From: Laetmonice hystrix
Taxonomy: Eukaryota
NCBI GenBank assembly: GCA_965235115.1
Contig: OZ249436.1
Span: 4,280,001 to 4,344,000, forward strand
DNA: 64,000 bases
Direction: 5' to 3'
The notes under the pieces were generated by a model that was not told the DNA's origin, made no database searches, and saw nothing but the letters and a program-made list of their open reading frames with translations. Positions 27,699 to 39,703 of this stretch are shown here, piece after piece (position 1 is the first letter of the stretch; every line of letters begins with the position of its first letter). Position numbers and translations under genes: made by a program.

Positions 27699-28160
27699 CG
27701 TCAATGTTTTACATTTCTGTTTTCAGCAGAATCTCAGGCCATTTTCTTGGTATGCCTATATATGGGGATTGATGGTCACAGATGGCAGAATCTCAGGCCA
27801 TATTCTTGGTATGCCTATATATGGGGATTGATGGTCACAAGATGGCTGAATCCAGGCCATATTCTTGGTATGCCTATATATGGGGATTGATGGTCACAAG
27901 ATGGCTGAATCCAGGCCATATTCTTGGTATGCCTATATATGGGGATTGATGGTCACAAGATGGCTGAATCCAGGCCATATTCTTGGTATGCCTATATATG
28001 GGGATTGATGGTCACAAGATGGCTGAATCCAGGCCATATTCTTGGTATGCCTATATATGGGGATTGATGGTCACAAGATGGCTGAATCCAGGCCATATTC
28101 TTGGTATGCCTATATATGGGGATTGATGGTCACAAGATGGCTGAATCCAGGCTAATGAAA
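27699..28160. repeat. Minisatellite cassette copy 2, 58-60 bp unit, ~7 copies
   Basis: Same head and tail as 27034-27607. Units have homogenised to a different variant (GAATCCAGGCCATATTCTTGG...). Confidence 0.93.
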
Positions 28161-28399
28161 CTTTAACACTATACTGTGAAATGGCTCATGATAGGGTGTA
28201 GTACACAATTTTGTAACAAACTGTTAAAGTGAAATATAAATTCAAGCTCTTTGAATCAGTGTACATCTTTGGTACGCAGTGTATATACGGTTATGCCGGT
28301 GTGTGCGATTCAGAATGACATTCAGAATTATAAACTGAATACAAATATTGCAAACCGGGTAATTTTGACGATGAATGTTCCGATAGGCGATGGAGACGG

Positions 28400-29268
28400 A
28401 ACAGAGCTCGGTCATACATTGTATTACTGTTGATCAGAGCTCGGTCATACATTGTATTAGTCGATCAGAGCTCGGTCATACATTGTATTACAGTTGATCA
28501 GAGCTCGGCCATACATTGTATTACAGTCGATCAGAGCTCGGTCATACATTGTATTACAGTTGAACAGAGCTCGGTCATATTGTATTACTGTGATCAGAGC
28601 TCGGTCATACATTGTATTACTGTCGATCAGAGCTCGACCATACATTGTATTACAGTTGATCAGAGCTCGGTCATACATTGTATTACAGTTGATCAGAGCT
28701 CGGTCATACATTGTATTACAGTTGATCAGAGCTCGGTCATACATTGTATTACAGTCGATCAGAGCTCGGTCATACATTGTATTACAGTTGATCAGAGCTC
28801 GGTCATACATTGTATTACAGTTGATCAGAGCTCGGTCATATTGTATTACAGTTGATCAGAGCTCGGTCATACATTGTATTAGAGTTGATCAGAGCTCGGT
28901 CATACATTGTATTACAGTTGATCAGAGCTCGGTCATACATTGTATTACAGTTGATCAGAGCTCGGTCATACATTGTATTACAGTTGAACAGAGCTCGGTC
29001 ATATTGTATTACAGTTGATCAGAGCTCGGTCATACATTGTATTACAGTCGATCAGAGCTCGACCATACATTGTATTACAGTTGATCAGAGCTCGGTCATA
29101 TTGTATTACAGTCGATCAGAGCTCGGTCATACATTGTATTACAGTCGATCAGAGCTCGGTCATACATTGTATTACAGTTGATCAGAGCTCGGTCATATTG
29201 TATTACAGTTGATCAGAGCTCGGTCATACATTGTATTACAGTTGATCAGAGCTCGGCCATACATTGTA
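28400..29268. repeat. Minisatellite, 33/31 bp unit, ~26 copies
   Basis: Unit GATCAGAGCTCGGTCATACATTGTATTACAGTT. Confidence 0.95.
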
Positions 29269-30917
29269 CATAGTACTGTTGATCAACAGCATTTTTAATT
29301 GGACGTGATCATTTTTAGGGCCCTTTGCCCCCCCCCCCCCCCCCGAAAAAATATAGAGTTAGAGTTAGGGATAGCATTGGTTATTAACTCTTAGGGATTT
29401 ACGGTTAGTTAGGGATAAGGATAGTGATATTCCAACACAGTTGAGAGCAGCTAGGCTAACTGTCACGTGCGTCCTACTCGGCATTTGATTGGACGAAATG
29501 GCAAACCTGTTTGGAAAAAAAATTTCGCCCCCCGGGCCACCTACCAAAACACCCTCTGGGAACATTATAAAGAAAGGAGAGTCTCCCCCCCCCCCCCTCC
29601 AACCCCAGCCCCAGGCTGACACGATACGGGTATCATAGACAGTGTGTATACACGACAGCTTGGTCCCTGAAGACGACTCTGACCAGCTCATTGAGCTGTA
29701 TTTATCATCGCCCCCTGACACACTCTGATCGATCACTTCCTTCTACTCGCTCACTTTCTTATAATAAAGTGAGCACGCGACTGTGAAAGCTGATCGGATT
29801 GGGAGGTAGTGTGACACGTGGCGACCTCTACTGGGATTACTGCTGACACGGCGTCCCGACCCGTCTGTGTGTCTCAGTCGACCCCTGACGACTCGTGCTA
29901 AGTGACCCGCATAATAACATGACTACACCTGAGGAAAAAAATCAACGCTGGCGCTTGTGAGGAGCGTGTCAGGTAAGGGGGGTCGTGTCCACGGGTGGCT
30001 GGGCAGGGCACTGATGGCATCTCAGCACTGAGCCTCGCGGGGATTTCAGCCAGATTTATGCCGGATGTAAAGCTGCTTATGTTGATTGTGTATTGATGGC
30101 TGAGTGGGGGGTTGAGTCGGGGAGAGGGGGTCTCCATGCGCACCTGTAAACAGCGGGAGGCAGCCAGCCACGCGCCCCGGTGACTATCAAATCACTCGCC
30201 GGTCATCATGGACCTTCGTCCCCCGGAGCTCTGGTCGTAAACCCCGGCAATTGTCAGTCGTGACAGCGGGCAGGGCATCTCACCAACTAATGGAATGTCA
30301 CCGAGCGATATGAAGGGTTGTGGGTGGGGGTTAATGAAAAACCAGAGAATGGACAGAAGGGATAAAGGAGGGGGTGATAGAGAGGGCAGAAAAGGAAAGG
30401 AAATTAAGTTTATATGTATGGTATATATAAATGGATGGAGTAAAATGTATACAGGCCTATAGAGACCGTTCACACCAAAACGCACCACGACAGGACAACT
30501 GAGACCGAGGTGTTTTATATCAAACTTACCATCCGCTTGGCGCCATTTATCATCCGCTTGGCGCCATTTATAGACATATAAATTCACGGATAATAACACG
30601 TTGTTTACAGGGTCCGAGTGCCTTCTCCAGGCGAATTATACTTTTAATATGTAATGGACCTACTCCCCTTGGAAAGAAAACTACCTTCTTCAAACATAAT
30701 TCCCGTTGAATGTGCTATTTCCACTTGTATACACCCGTACAGGTACTGGAATCTTTGACATTAAAATGGCCGGTGGCTGATATGTTTGCATGCATGTATA
30801 GATGGTATATATGCGCTTATGGTATACCATATATATATTGCTTGTAGACAGTATTGCTTGTACAATTGGCGGATTTAGCGGGGCGCAGAGGCACACCCCC
30901 CTTTTGCGCCAGAATGT

Positions 30918-31557
30918 TTATCTCCAGGTGACATTGCTCGTAGATGGTATATTTATTTTTATCTCCAGATGACATTGCTCGTAGATGGTATATTTATTTT
31001 TTATCTCCAGATGACATTGCTCGTATAGATGGTATATTTTGTTTATCTCCAGGTGACATTACTCTTAGATGGTATATTTATTTTTATCTCCAGATGACAT
31101 TGCTCGTAGATGGTACATGTATATATATATTTTTTTTATCTCCAGATGACATTGCTCGTAGATGGTATATTTCTTTTTATCTCCAGATGACATTGCTCGT
31201 AGATGGTATATTTATTTTTATCTCCAGATGACATTGCTCGTAGATGGTATATTATTTGTTTATCTCCAGATGACATTGCTCGTAGATGGTATATTTCTTT
31301 TTATCTCCAGATGACATTGCTCGTAGATGGTATATTTCTTTTTATCTCCAGATGACATTGCTCGTAGATGGTATATTTCTTTTTATCTCCAGATGACATT
31401 GCTCGTAGATGGTATATTTCTTTTTATCTCCAGATGACATTGCTCGTAGATAGTATATTTATAAATCTCCAGATGACATTGCTCGTAGATGGTATATTAT
31501 TTTTATCTCCAGATGACATTGCTCATAGATGGTATATTTATTTTTATCTCCAGATGA
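30918..31557. repeat. Minisatellite, ~41-43 bp unit, ~15 copies
   Basis: Unit TTATCTCCAGATGACATTGCTCGTAGATGGTATATTT(C/A)TTT. Confidence 0.94.
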
Positions 31558-32444
31558 TATTCTATTCTTCACGTAAACCCTGATGTCGATGTGCATGCTT
31601 ACATGTACGATATACCCTCCTGCTGTACCCTAGCCCTCACCCCCATACCGGTGGCGGTGGTGGCGGTGGTGGTGGTGGTGGGTGGGTGTGTGTGTCAGAG
31701 GACAGTGTTTGAACTGTTCATTCTTCATGCATGCTCCACACTAACCACATCATCATATTATATACATAGCTGGTGTTTAAGTTATTGACTGAATACCAAA
31801 CCAGAGAAGGTTGCGAGGACATTGCGTTGGTCTTTTATGTGTGAAGAGTTTTTTCTCGTTTTCTCTTTCTGTGAGGAGAAGTATAAATGAGCGTTTAATC
31901 AAAGACCACCTTATCGATGGCAAATCGATAATGATCCTATAACATAGCCTTGCTCACAGCTCGACCACAGCCCGACCACAGCCTATACTTCATCAAACAG
32001 TCTGCTAGCACGTACATGTCAGGGGTTGTTACCCATTACGTGAACACGTGTATGAACACAAATATTGCGTGTACAATCAATACAACAGTGTAATCAATTT
32101 GATAAGCATAGTCCTTGTTTGTTGAAATTCCTCAAGTGCGCAAGCAGGGTGCGTTGGAGCGGTGCCGGGTGTTCATGGTCCACTCCAGCCGGCGAGTGCT
32201 GACGTCTCTCCCGGCATACTTGTCGCCCGGTTTGCAGGGTAAAAGGCGCGTGTAATAACACATAATGAAGAGGTGCTTACAACTGGTTGTTTGTTATAGT
32301 GAGGACACTGCGGAGACGGAAACCTTTGGCGGTGACGTGAGGGGAGCACAAGGCGTGGTGACCCCGGCAGGGGTGAGATTATAGTACCCTCCCCGCCCAG
32401 GTTACCCGCCCAACCCCCGCCGCTACCGCCCGCCCGGTATATCG

Positions 32445-32627
32445 CCCATGATAACTTAAACCCCACGAAATTTGGTGGAAAGTAAAGATCCATGGCCCTA
32501 ACCTTATCCCTAACCCCTAACCCCAGTCCCTACACCTCCCAAAAACATATCCCTATCTTATCCCTATCCCTATCCTTGACCTTAACCCTAACCCCTGCCC
32601 AAACATTTCGTGGAAAGTTATCATGGG
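32445..32627. mobile_element. Possible MITE-like foldback with internal degenerate telomere-like (CCCTAA/CCCTAT) repeats
   Basis: Inverted repeat CCCATGATAACTT...CCACGAAAT (32445-32471) versus ATTTCGTGG..AAGTTATCATGGG (32605-32627), enclosing CCCTAA-like hexamers at 32496-32595. No clear TSD. Confidence 0.5.
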
Positions 32628-32899
32628 GGAAGAACCACCCGCCCGGGGATCTGCTCCAGTACCCCGCCGACCCGCACTGTCTATGTCCGTGTCCGTGTCC
32701 CTGTCCCCGTGCCCGTGCCCGTGCCCGTCCCCGCCTCCGCCTCCGCCGCTGTTGCCCCGTGGGGGGTGGGGGGTGGGGGGCGTGGGCCCGAGGGGTGGGG
32801 GGTCGGGGTCGGCATGGCACGCGACAGGAGGGTGATCGCCGCAGGTAAGGGTCCACCACTGTCATCACACGTCTCTCTCTAACTTAGTCTTATGCCTCG

Positions 32900-32930
32900 G
32901 AGAGAGACAGAGACAGAGAGAGAGAGTGTG

Positions 32931-32992
<62 letters not shown>

Positions 32993-33103
32993 TGTGTGAG
33001 GAAGAAAGAGAGAAGGGGGGGGAGAAAAGGCGAGGGAGTGAGAGAGAGAGAGGGAGAGGGGAGAAAGGGAGAGGAAGTGAGACAGAGAGAGACAGAGAGA
33101 GAC

Positions 33104-33136
<33 letters not shown>

Positions 33137-33226
33137 CAGAGAGAAAGGGGAAGAGATCATTGATGGTCCCTGAAGAATGAAAGAAAGAAAGAAAGAAACA
33201 AACAAACAAACAAACAAACAAACAAA
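32900..33226. repeat. Compound (GA)n / GAGACA / (GAAA)n / (CAAA)n microsatellite
   Basis: Purine-rich simple repeats. Confidence 0.92.
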
Positions 33227-33749
33227 GGAAAAAAAAAGAAAACCTTTGGATATTGAAAATAGAAATCTGTAGCACTGTAAACCATGTATGTCCTTGCATA
33301 TACATGGGTGCATGTTTATTTATCAGTCTGTGGAGTGAACAGCCTATATTTGTTCTTTTATTATAATATTGTCATAAAGACGAGATTTGACACTCCTTCC
33401 ATCGAATAGGTCTTGTATCTATAGAAAGTTTATCTCCAGTTTATTGAACTACGCACAGTGAATATTTCCGGATGTGATCTATTTTCATGAAAACATTCTT
33501 TACGACCTGACGTGGGCGTTCACGTTGGAAAGGAATGAATTCCTTATTTTATGCGTGTTTGGTTGGTTTATTAATGGTTCACGTACGTTGGAATCCATTT
33601 TCTATTCATTCCTGAGGACACTCAGAAAGAAATTAAAGGTAAAAAATAAAATGATTAGTTTCGGCCTCATGCGATGTGAAGAACTACGGGGAATTTTACG
33701 ATATGGAACCACGGCATGACGGGCCGTGAACTACACGCATTCCATCAGA

Positions 33750-34044
33750 CAGCTTCTCGTGTACTGCACATGCCAATTAATGACAACCGTGTGACCAGCT
33801 TCTCGTGTACTGCACATACCAATGACAACCGTGTGACCAGCTTCTCGTGTACTGCACATACCAATGACAACCGTGTGACCAGCTTCTCGTGTACTGCACA
33901 TACCAATGACAACCGTGTGACCAGCTTCTCGTGTACTGCACATACCAATGACAACCGTGTGACCAGCTTCTCGTGTACTGCACATACCAATGACAACCGT
34001 GTGACCAGCTTCTCGTGTACTGCACATACCAATGACAACCGTGT
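33750..34044. repeat. Minisatellite, 42 bp unit, 7 copies
   Basis: Unit CAGCTTCTCGTGTACTGCACATACCAATGACAACCGTGTGAC. Confidence 0.95.
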
Positions 34045-34116
34045 GTGGGTAAATATCATTCACTCATCTACCAATCAGGGATCTCACCCACTCATGATTG
34101 GAACACTGAGAATCCC

Positions 34117-36235
34117 GAGAGCCTATAAACATCATGCTCTATATACTCCTTGTAACCCTGGGAGACAAGGTCATACTCTACTCCTTGTAACCCTGAGAGT
34201 CAAGGTCATACTCTACTCCTTGTAACCCTGAGAGCCAAGGTCATACTCTACTCCTTGTAACCCTGAGAGCCAAGGTCATACTCTACTCCTTGTAACCCTG
34301 AGAGCCAAGGTCATACCCTACTCCTTGTAACCCTGAGAGCCAAGGTCATGCTCTACTCCTTGTAACCCTGAGAGCCAAGGTCATACTCTACTCCTTGTAA
34401 CCCTGAGAGCCAAGGTCATACTCTACTCCTTGTAACTCTGAGAGCCAAGGTCATACTCTACTCCTTGTATCCCGGAGAGCCAAGGTCATACTCTACTCCT
34501 TGTAACCCTGAGAGCCACGGTCATCCTCTACTCCTTGTAACCCTGAGAGCCAAGGTCATACCCTACTCCTTGTAACCCTGAGAGCCAAGGTCATACTCTA
34601 CTCCTTGTAACCCTGAGAGCCAAGGTCATACTCTACTCCTTGTAACCCTGAGAGCCAATGTCATACTCTACTCCTTGTAACCCTGAGAGCCAAGATCATA
34701 CTCTACTCCTTGTAACCCTGAGAGCCAAGGTCATGCTCTACTCCTTGTAACGCTGAGAGCCAAGGTCATCCTCTACTCCTTGTAACCCTGAGAGCCAAGG
34801 TCATACTCTACTCCTTGTAACCCTGAGAGCCAAGGTCATACTCTACTCCTTGTAACCCTGAGAGCCAATGTCATACTCTACTCCTTGTAACCCTGAGAGC
34901 CAAGGTCATACTCTACTCCTTGTAACCCTGAGAGCCAAGGTCATACTCTACTCCTTGTAACCCTGAGAGCCAAGGTCATACTCTACTCCTTGTAACCCTG
35001 AGAGCCAAGGTCATACTCTACTCCTTGTAACCCTGAGAGCCACGGTCATACTCTACTCCTTGTAACTCTGAGAGCCAAGGTCATACTCTACTCCTTGTAT
35101 CCCGGAGAGCCAAGGTCATACTCTACTCCTTGTAACCCTGAGAGCCACGGTCATCCTCTACTCCTTGTAACCCTGAGAGCCAAGGTCATGCTCTACTCCT
35201 TGTAACGCTGAGAGCCAAGGTCATCCTCTACTCCTTGTAACCCTGAGAGCCAAGGTCATACTCTACTCCTTGTAACCCTGAGAGCCAAGGTCATACTCTA
35301 CTCCTTGTAACCCTGAGAGCCAATGTCATACTCTACTCCTTGTAACCCTGAGAGCCAAGGTCATACTCTACTCCTTGTAACCCTGAGAGCCAAGGTCATA
35401 CTCTACTCCTTGTAACCCTGAGAGCCAAGGTCATACTCTACTCCTTGTAACCCTGAGAGCCAAGGTCATACTCTACTCCTTGTAACCCTGAGAGCCAAGG
35501 TCATACTCTACTCCTTGTAACCCTGGGAGCCAAGGTCATACTCTACTCCTTGTAACCCTGAGAGCCAAGGTCATACTCTACTCCTTGTAACTCTGAGAGC
35601 CAAGGTCATACTCTACTCCTTGTATCCCGGAGAGCCAAGGTCATGCTCTACTCCTTGTAACCCTGAGAGCCACGGTCATCCTCTACTCCTTGTAACCCTG
35701 AGAGCCAAGGTCATGCTCTACTCCTTGTAACGCTGAGAGCCAAGGTCATCCTCTACTCCTTGTAACCCTGAGAGCCAAGGTCATACTCTACTCCTTGTAA
35801 CCCTGAGAGCCAAGGTCATACTCTACTCCTTGTAACCCTGAGAGCCAAGGTCATACTCTACTCCTTGTAACCCTGAGAGCCAAGGTCATACTCTACTCCT
35901 TGTAACCCTGAGAGCCAAGGTCATACTCTACTCCTTGTAACCCTGAGAGCCAAGGTCATACTCTACTCCTTGTAACCCTGAGAGCCAAGGTCATACTCTA
36001 CTCCTTGTAACCCTGAGAGCCAAGGTCATACTCTACTCCTTGTAACCCTGAGAGCCAAGGTCATACTCTACTCCTTGTAACCCTGAGAGCCAAGGTCATA
36101 CTCTACTCCTTGTAACCCTGAGAGCCAAGATCATACTCTACTCCTTGTAACCCTGAGAGCCAAGGTCATACTCTACTCCTTGTAACCCTGAGAGCCAAGG
36201 TCATACTCTACTCCTTGTAACCCTGAGAGCCAAGG
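34117..36235. repeat. Minisatellite, 35 bp unit, ~60 copies
   Basis: Unit GAGAGCCAAGGTCATACTCTACTCCTTGTAACCCT; period 35 (34201, 34236, 34271). Confidence 0.96.
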
Positions 36236-36270
36236 CACGTCATACTCACACGTCACAGAAGGGATAGATC

Positions 36271-37549
36271 TACATTGAGGTGTGTTAGCGACAGCCGGGA
36301 TACATTGAGGTGTGTTAGCGACAGCCGGGATACATTGAAGTGTGTTAGCGACAGCCAGGATACACTGAGGTGTGTTAGCGACAGCCGGGATACACTGAGG
36401 TGTGTTAGCGACAGCCGAGATACACTGAGGTGTGTTAGCGACAGCCGAGATACATTGAGGTGTTTTAGCGACAGCCGGGATACATTGAGGTGTGTTAGCG
36501 ACAGCCTGGATACCTTGAGGTGTGTTAGCGACAGCCGGGATACCTTGAGGTGTGTTAGCGACAGCCGGGATACATTGAGGTGTGTTAGCGACAGCCGGGA
36601 TACATTGAGGTGTGTTAGCGACAGCCGGGATACATTGAGGTGTGTTAGCGACAGCCGGGATACATTGAGGTGTGTTAGCGACAGCCGGGATACATTGAGG
36701 TGTGTTAGCGACAGCCGGGATACATTGAGGTGTGTTAGCGACAGCCGGGATACATTGAGGTGTGTTAGCGACAGCCGGGATACATTGAGGTGTGTTAGCG
36801 ACAGCCGGGATACATTGAAGTGTGTTAGCGACAGCCAGGATACACTGAGGTGTGTTAGCGACAGCCGGGATACACTGAGGTGTGTTAGCGACAGCCGAGA
36901 TACACTGAGGTGTGTTAGCGACAGCCGAGATACATTGAGGTGTTTTAGCGACAGCCGGGATACATTGAGGTGTGTTAGCGACAGCCTGGATACCTTGAGG
37001 TGTGTTAGCGACAGCCGGGATACCTTGAGGTGTGTTAGCGACAGCCGGGATACATTGAGGTGTGTTAGCGACAGCCGGGATACATTGAGGTGTGTTAGCG
37101 ACAGCCGGGATACATTGAGGTGTGTTAGCGACAGCCGGGATACATTGAGGTGTGTTAGCGACAGCCGGGATACATTGAGGTGTGTTAGCGACAGCCGGGA
37201 TACATTGAGGTGTGTTAGCGACAGCCGGGATACATTGAGGTGTGTTAGCGACAGCCGAGATACATTGAGGTGTGTTAGCGACAGCCGGGATACACTGAGG
37301 TGTGTTAGCGACAGCCGGGATACACTGAGGTGTGTTAGCGACAGCCGGGATACACTGAGGTGTGTTAGCGACAGCCGGGATACACTGAGGTGTGTTAGCG
37401 ACAGCCGGGATACCTTGAGGTGTGTTAGCGACAGCCGGGATACATTGAGGTGTGTTAGCGACAGCCGGGATACATTGAGGTGTGTTAGCGACAGCCGGGA
37501 TACATTGAGGTGTGTTAGCGACAGCCGGGATACATTGAGGTGTGTTAGC
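36271..37549. repeat. Minisatellite, 30 bp unit, ~42 copies
   Basis: Unit TACATTGAGGTGTGTTAGCGACAGCCGGGA. Confidence 0.96.
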
Positions 37550-38909
37550 TATGGCAGGAAGCTGTACAGATCTAAAACTGTGAAAGGAGGGAGGGGGGCA
37601 TCAAAGGCCAGCTAACACCCCCCCCCCCCCCTCCGTGATCTATGCGGGCGGTCCCTCATCTCACTTTTTGCCGAAAGTCTAAAAAATGAAAGTTGTCCCT
37701 TTGAGCGCCATTGCTGAGTTATTCGACTCAAGGTGGCGTAGTTTCCGGTTGACTGGGCTGACGGGTAATGGGAGGTGGACGAGTAGTGAAAGCCATTCTG
37801 ATATCAAACAGCCGCCGACAAAATGGCCGATAGAGGGCGCGTCTCGCAGTGATGACAACGAGGGGTCTAGGCATGCACTCGACGTCACAAAGACGAGGGT
37901 CTACAATCCCGCAATCCACCGCGCTCCCTGTCCCAACCCTCCCCCCCGGCTAATGACGCTTGGGTCCGTTAGGTGGCGCTCCGCTTTGGTAACACAGCAA
38001 GCCACGAATGGGCTGGGAGCTCGTTATTATAACACTGACGTTTCCCCCTCTTAAACGACTTCAATGCAGTCCAACACAGTATTCCGCCCAAGCTTTCTTC
38101 ACATGCAAAACGGCCTTTCGTCTGCGAATTCTACGGCCCAGTCTCCCATAGACGCCTGGCCCGCCCCATCAACGACGTCATCCGATTCGCTTTTAGTAAA
38201 TAGAAATAGGAGAAAGAAAGCTGAAAGAGTATTTTTCTATGCGGGGAAGGACGGGCCGAGTAACAACGCTGTTATTCCACGGTCTTTCGGCATGCTGCCA
38301 GCTCCCTTGGATTACACTACTGTACTCTCTAATCTTCTTATAACTATTTCACTGTTCAACTCGAATTCCTGTATAGCCTATACAACTGTAGTCGAAAATA
38401 TTTTACAGAGGGCTCAAGCGCACGCGATGACGGTATACGCGTGGACAGCTGAAACAAGAAGACTGAAAGTAAAAACGGTATTTTAATATGACTGTCGCCT
38501 GCCCGTGTGTGTGACACAAAGAGTAGGTTAGTAACATAAACATGACAAACATTAGCGTTGATTGGAGACCAGGTGACAGAGTAAAACCACTCGGTCAGGC
38601 GGTCATGATGAATGACGGACACGCCGAGTGCCACGAGTGACCAACAATTAACGGCCCAACACGTCGGTCCATGCAGCAGTCGAGGAAACAATGATTAGAA
38701 CGATACTCGACATGTAAATTACGATACAGCTGCCTCACCTGGTCACGTGACCAGGGTTGGGGTAGCAGGGGAGTTGGTCCCATGCATCCATATACTTATA
38801 TATGCAGTACGGAGGGGGAGGTAATGGTACCCACACCTATATAAATGTCAGTTTACAAGTACCCATAGAAAGAAGACATGCACTTCGACAGCCTTCGTGC
38901 AAATCGACG

Positions 38910-39092
<183 letters not shown>

Positions 39093-39703
39093 AGTGATGA
39101 TGATAATTATTTCGTATCAAAGAAAACTTTACACAAACTGTATTTTTGATATCCAAAAATCTAAATCTGCATGTATGTATGGTCTCCCCGAGTCAGATCC
39201 ACCGATGGCACGTGCCATTTCTACTGTATGTGTACATTATTATGTAGGCTACACACTAAATCTTACATATTATGTGTTGGTGTATGTGTGTATTGTACAT
39301 AATATATGTGAATGTAGGTAACAAATAGGTGTTAGTTTTGGTGTGTATATATGCGTATGTATACCGGTATATACAGAAATGTGGCTACACATAGTCACTG
39401 TTGTATGTGAGCTTGTATTTTGTCAGTTACAGGTGTGATAATGTGTCTTTGCCACCCTTGTACGAGCTTGCATGTGTTTATCAGTTGTAATTTCTACTGT
39501 ATACGTGTCCGATGATGTCGTATTGTGTTGGTTGTCCTGTTGCCACATCCCCTTATACCTTGAAGTAAAATTATATTGTTGTCATTGTTTAATCTATAAC
39601 CAATATATGGTCATATATTCTGATATATACCTTCAATATACCTATAGTCACCCATTCCTGATATATACATGATAAACATAGCGATGGAGAGTGATGGTCG
39701 CCG

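Noticed and set aside
26375..29212. Repetitive ORFs of 100-190 aa (also at 33716-34225, 45892-46476, 49318-49761)
   Set aside because: These are products of satellites with unit lengths divisible by three. They are open in several frames and strands and broken by indel variants.
32879..33313. SLSLSL/RERERE ORFs (also 6346-6546, 19053-19262, 38802-39321)
   Set aside because: Translations of microsatellites.
442..37549. CRISPR-like appearance of the regular repeats
   Set aside because: Units are contiguous with no unique spacers, there are no cas genes, and the context is eukaryotic.
36275..37615. 446 aa ORF (RCVSDSRDTL)n
   Set aside because: It is the translation of a 30 bp satellite that happens to lack stops in one frame. 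It starts at TTG rather than ATG and has no domain or codon-position bias.
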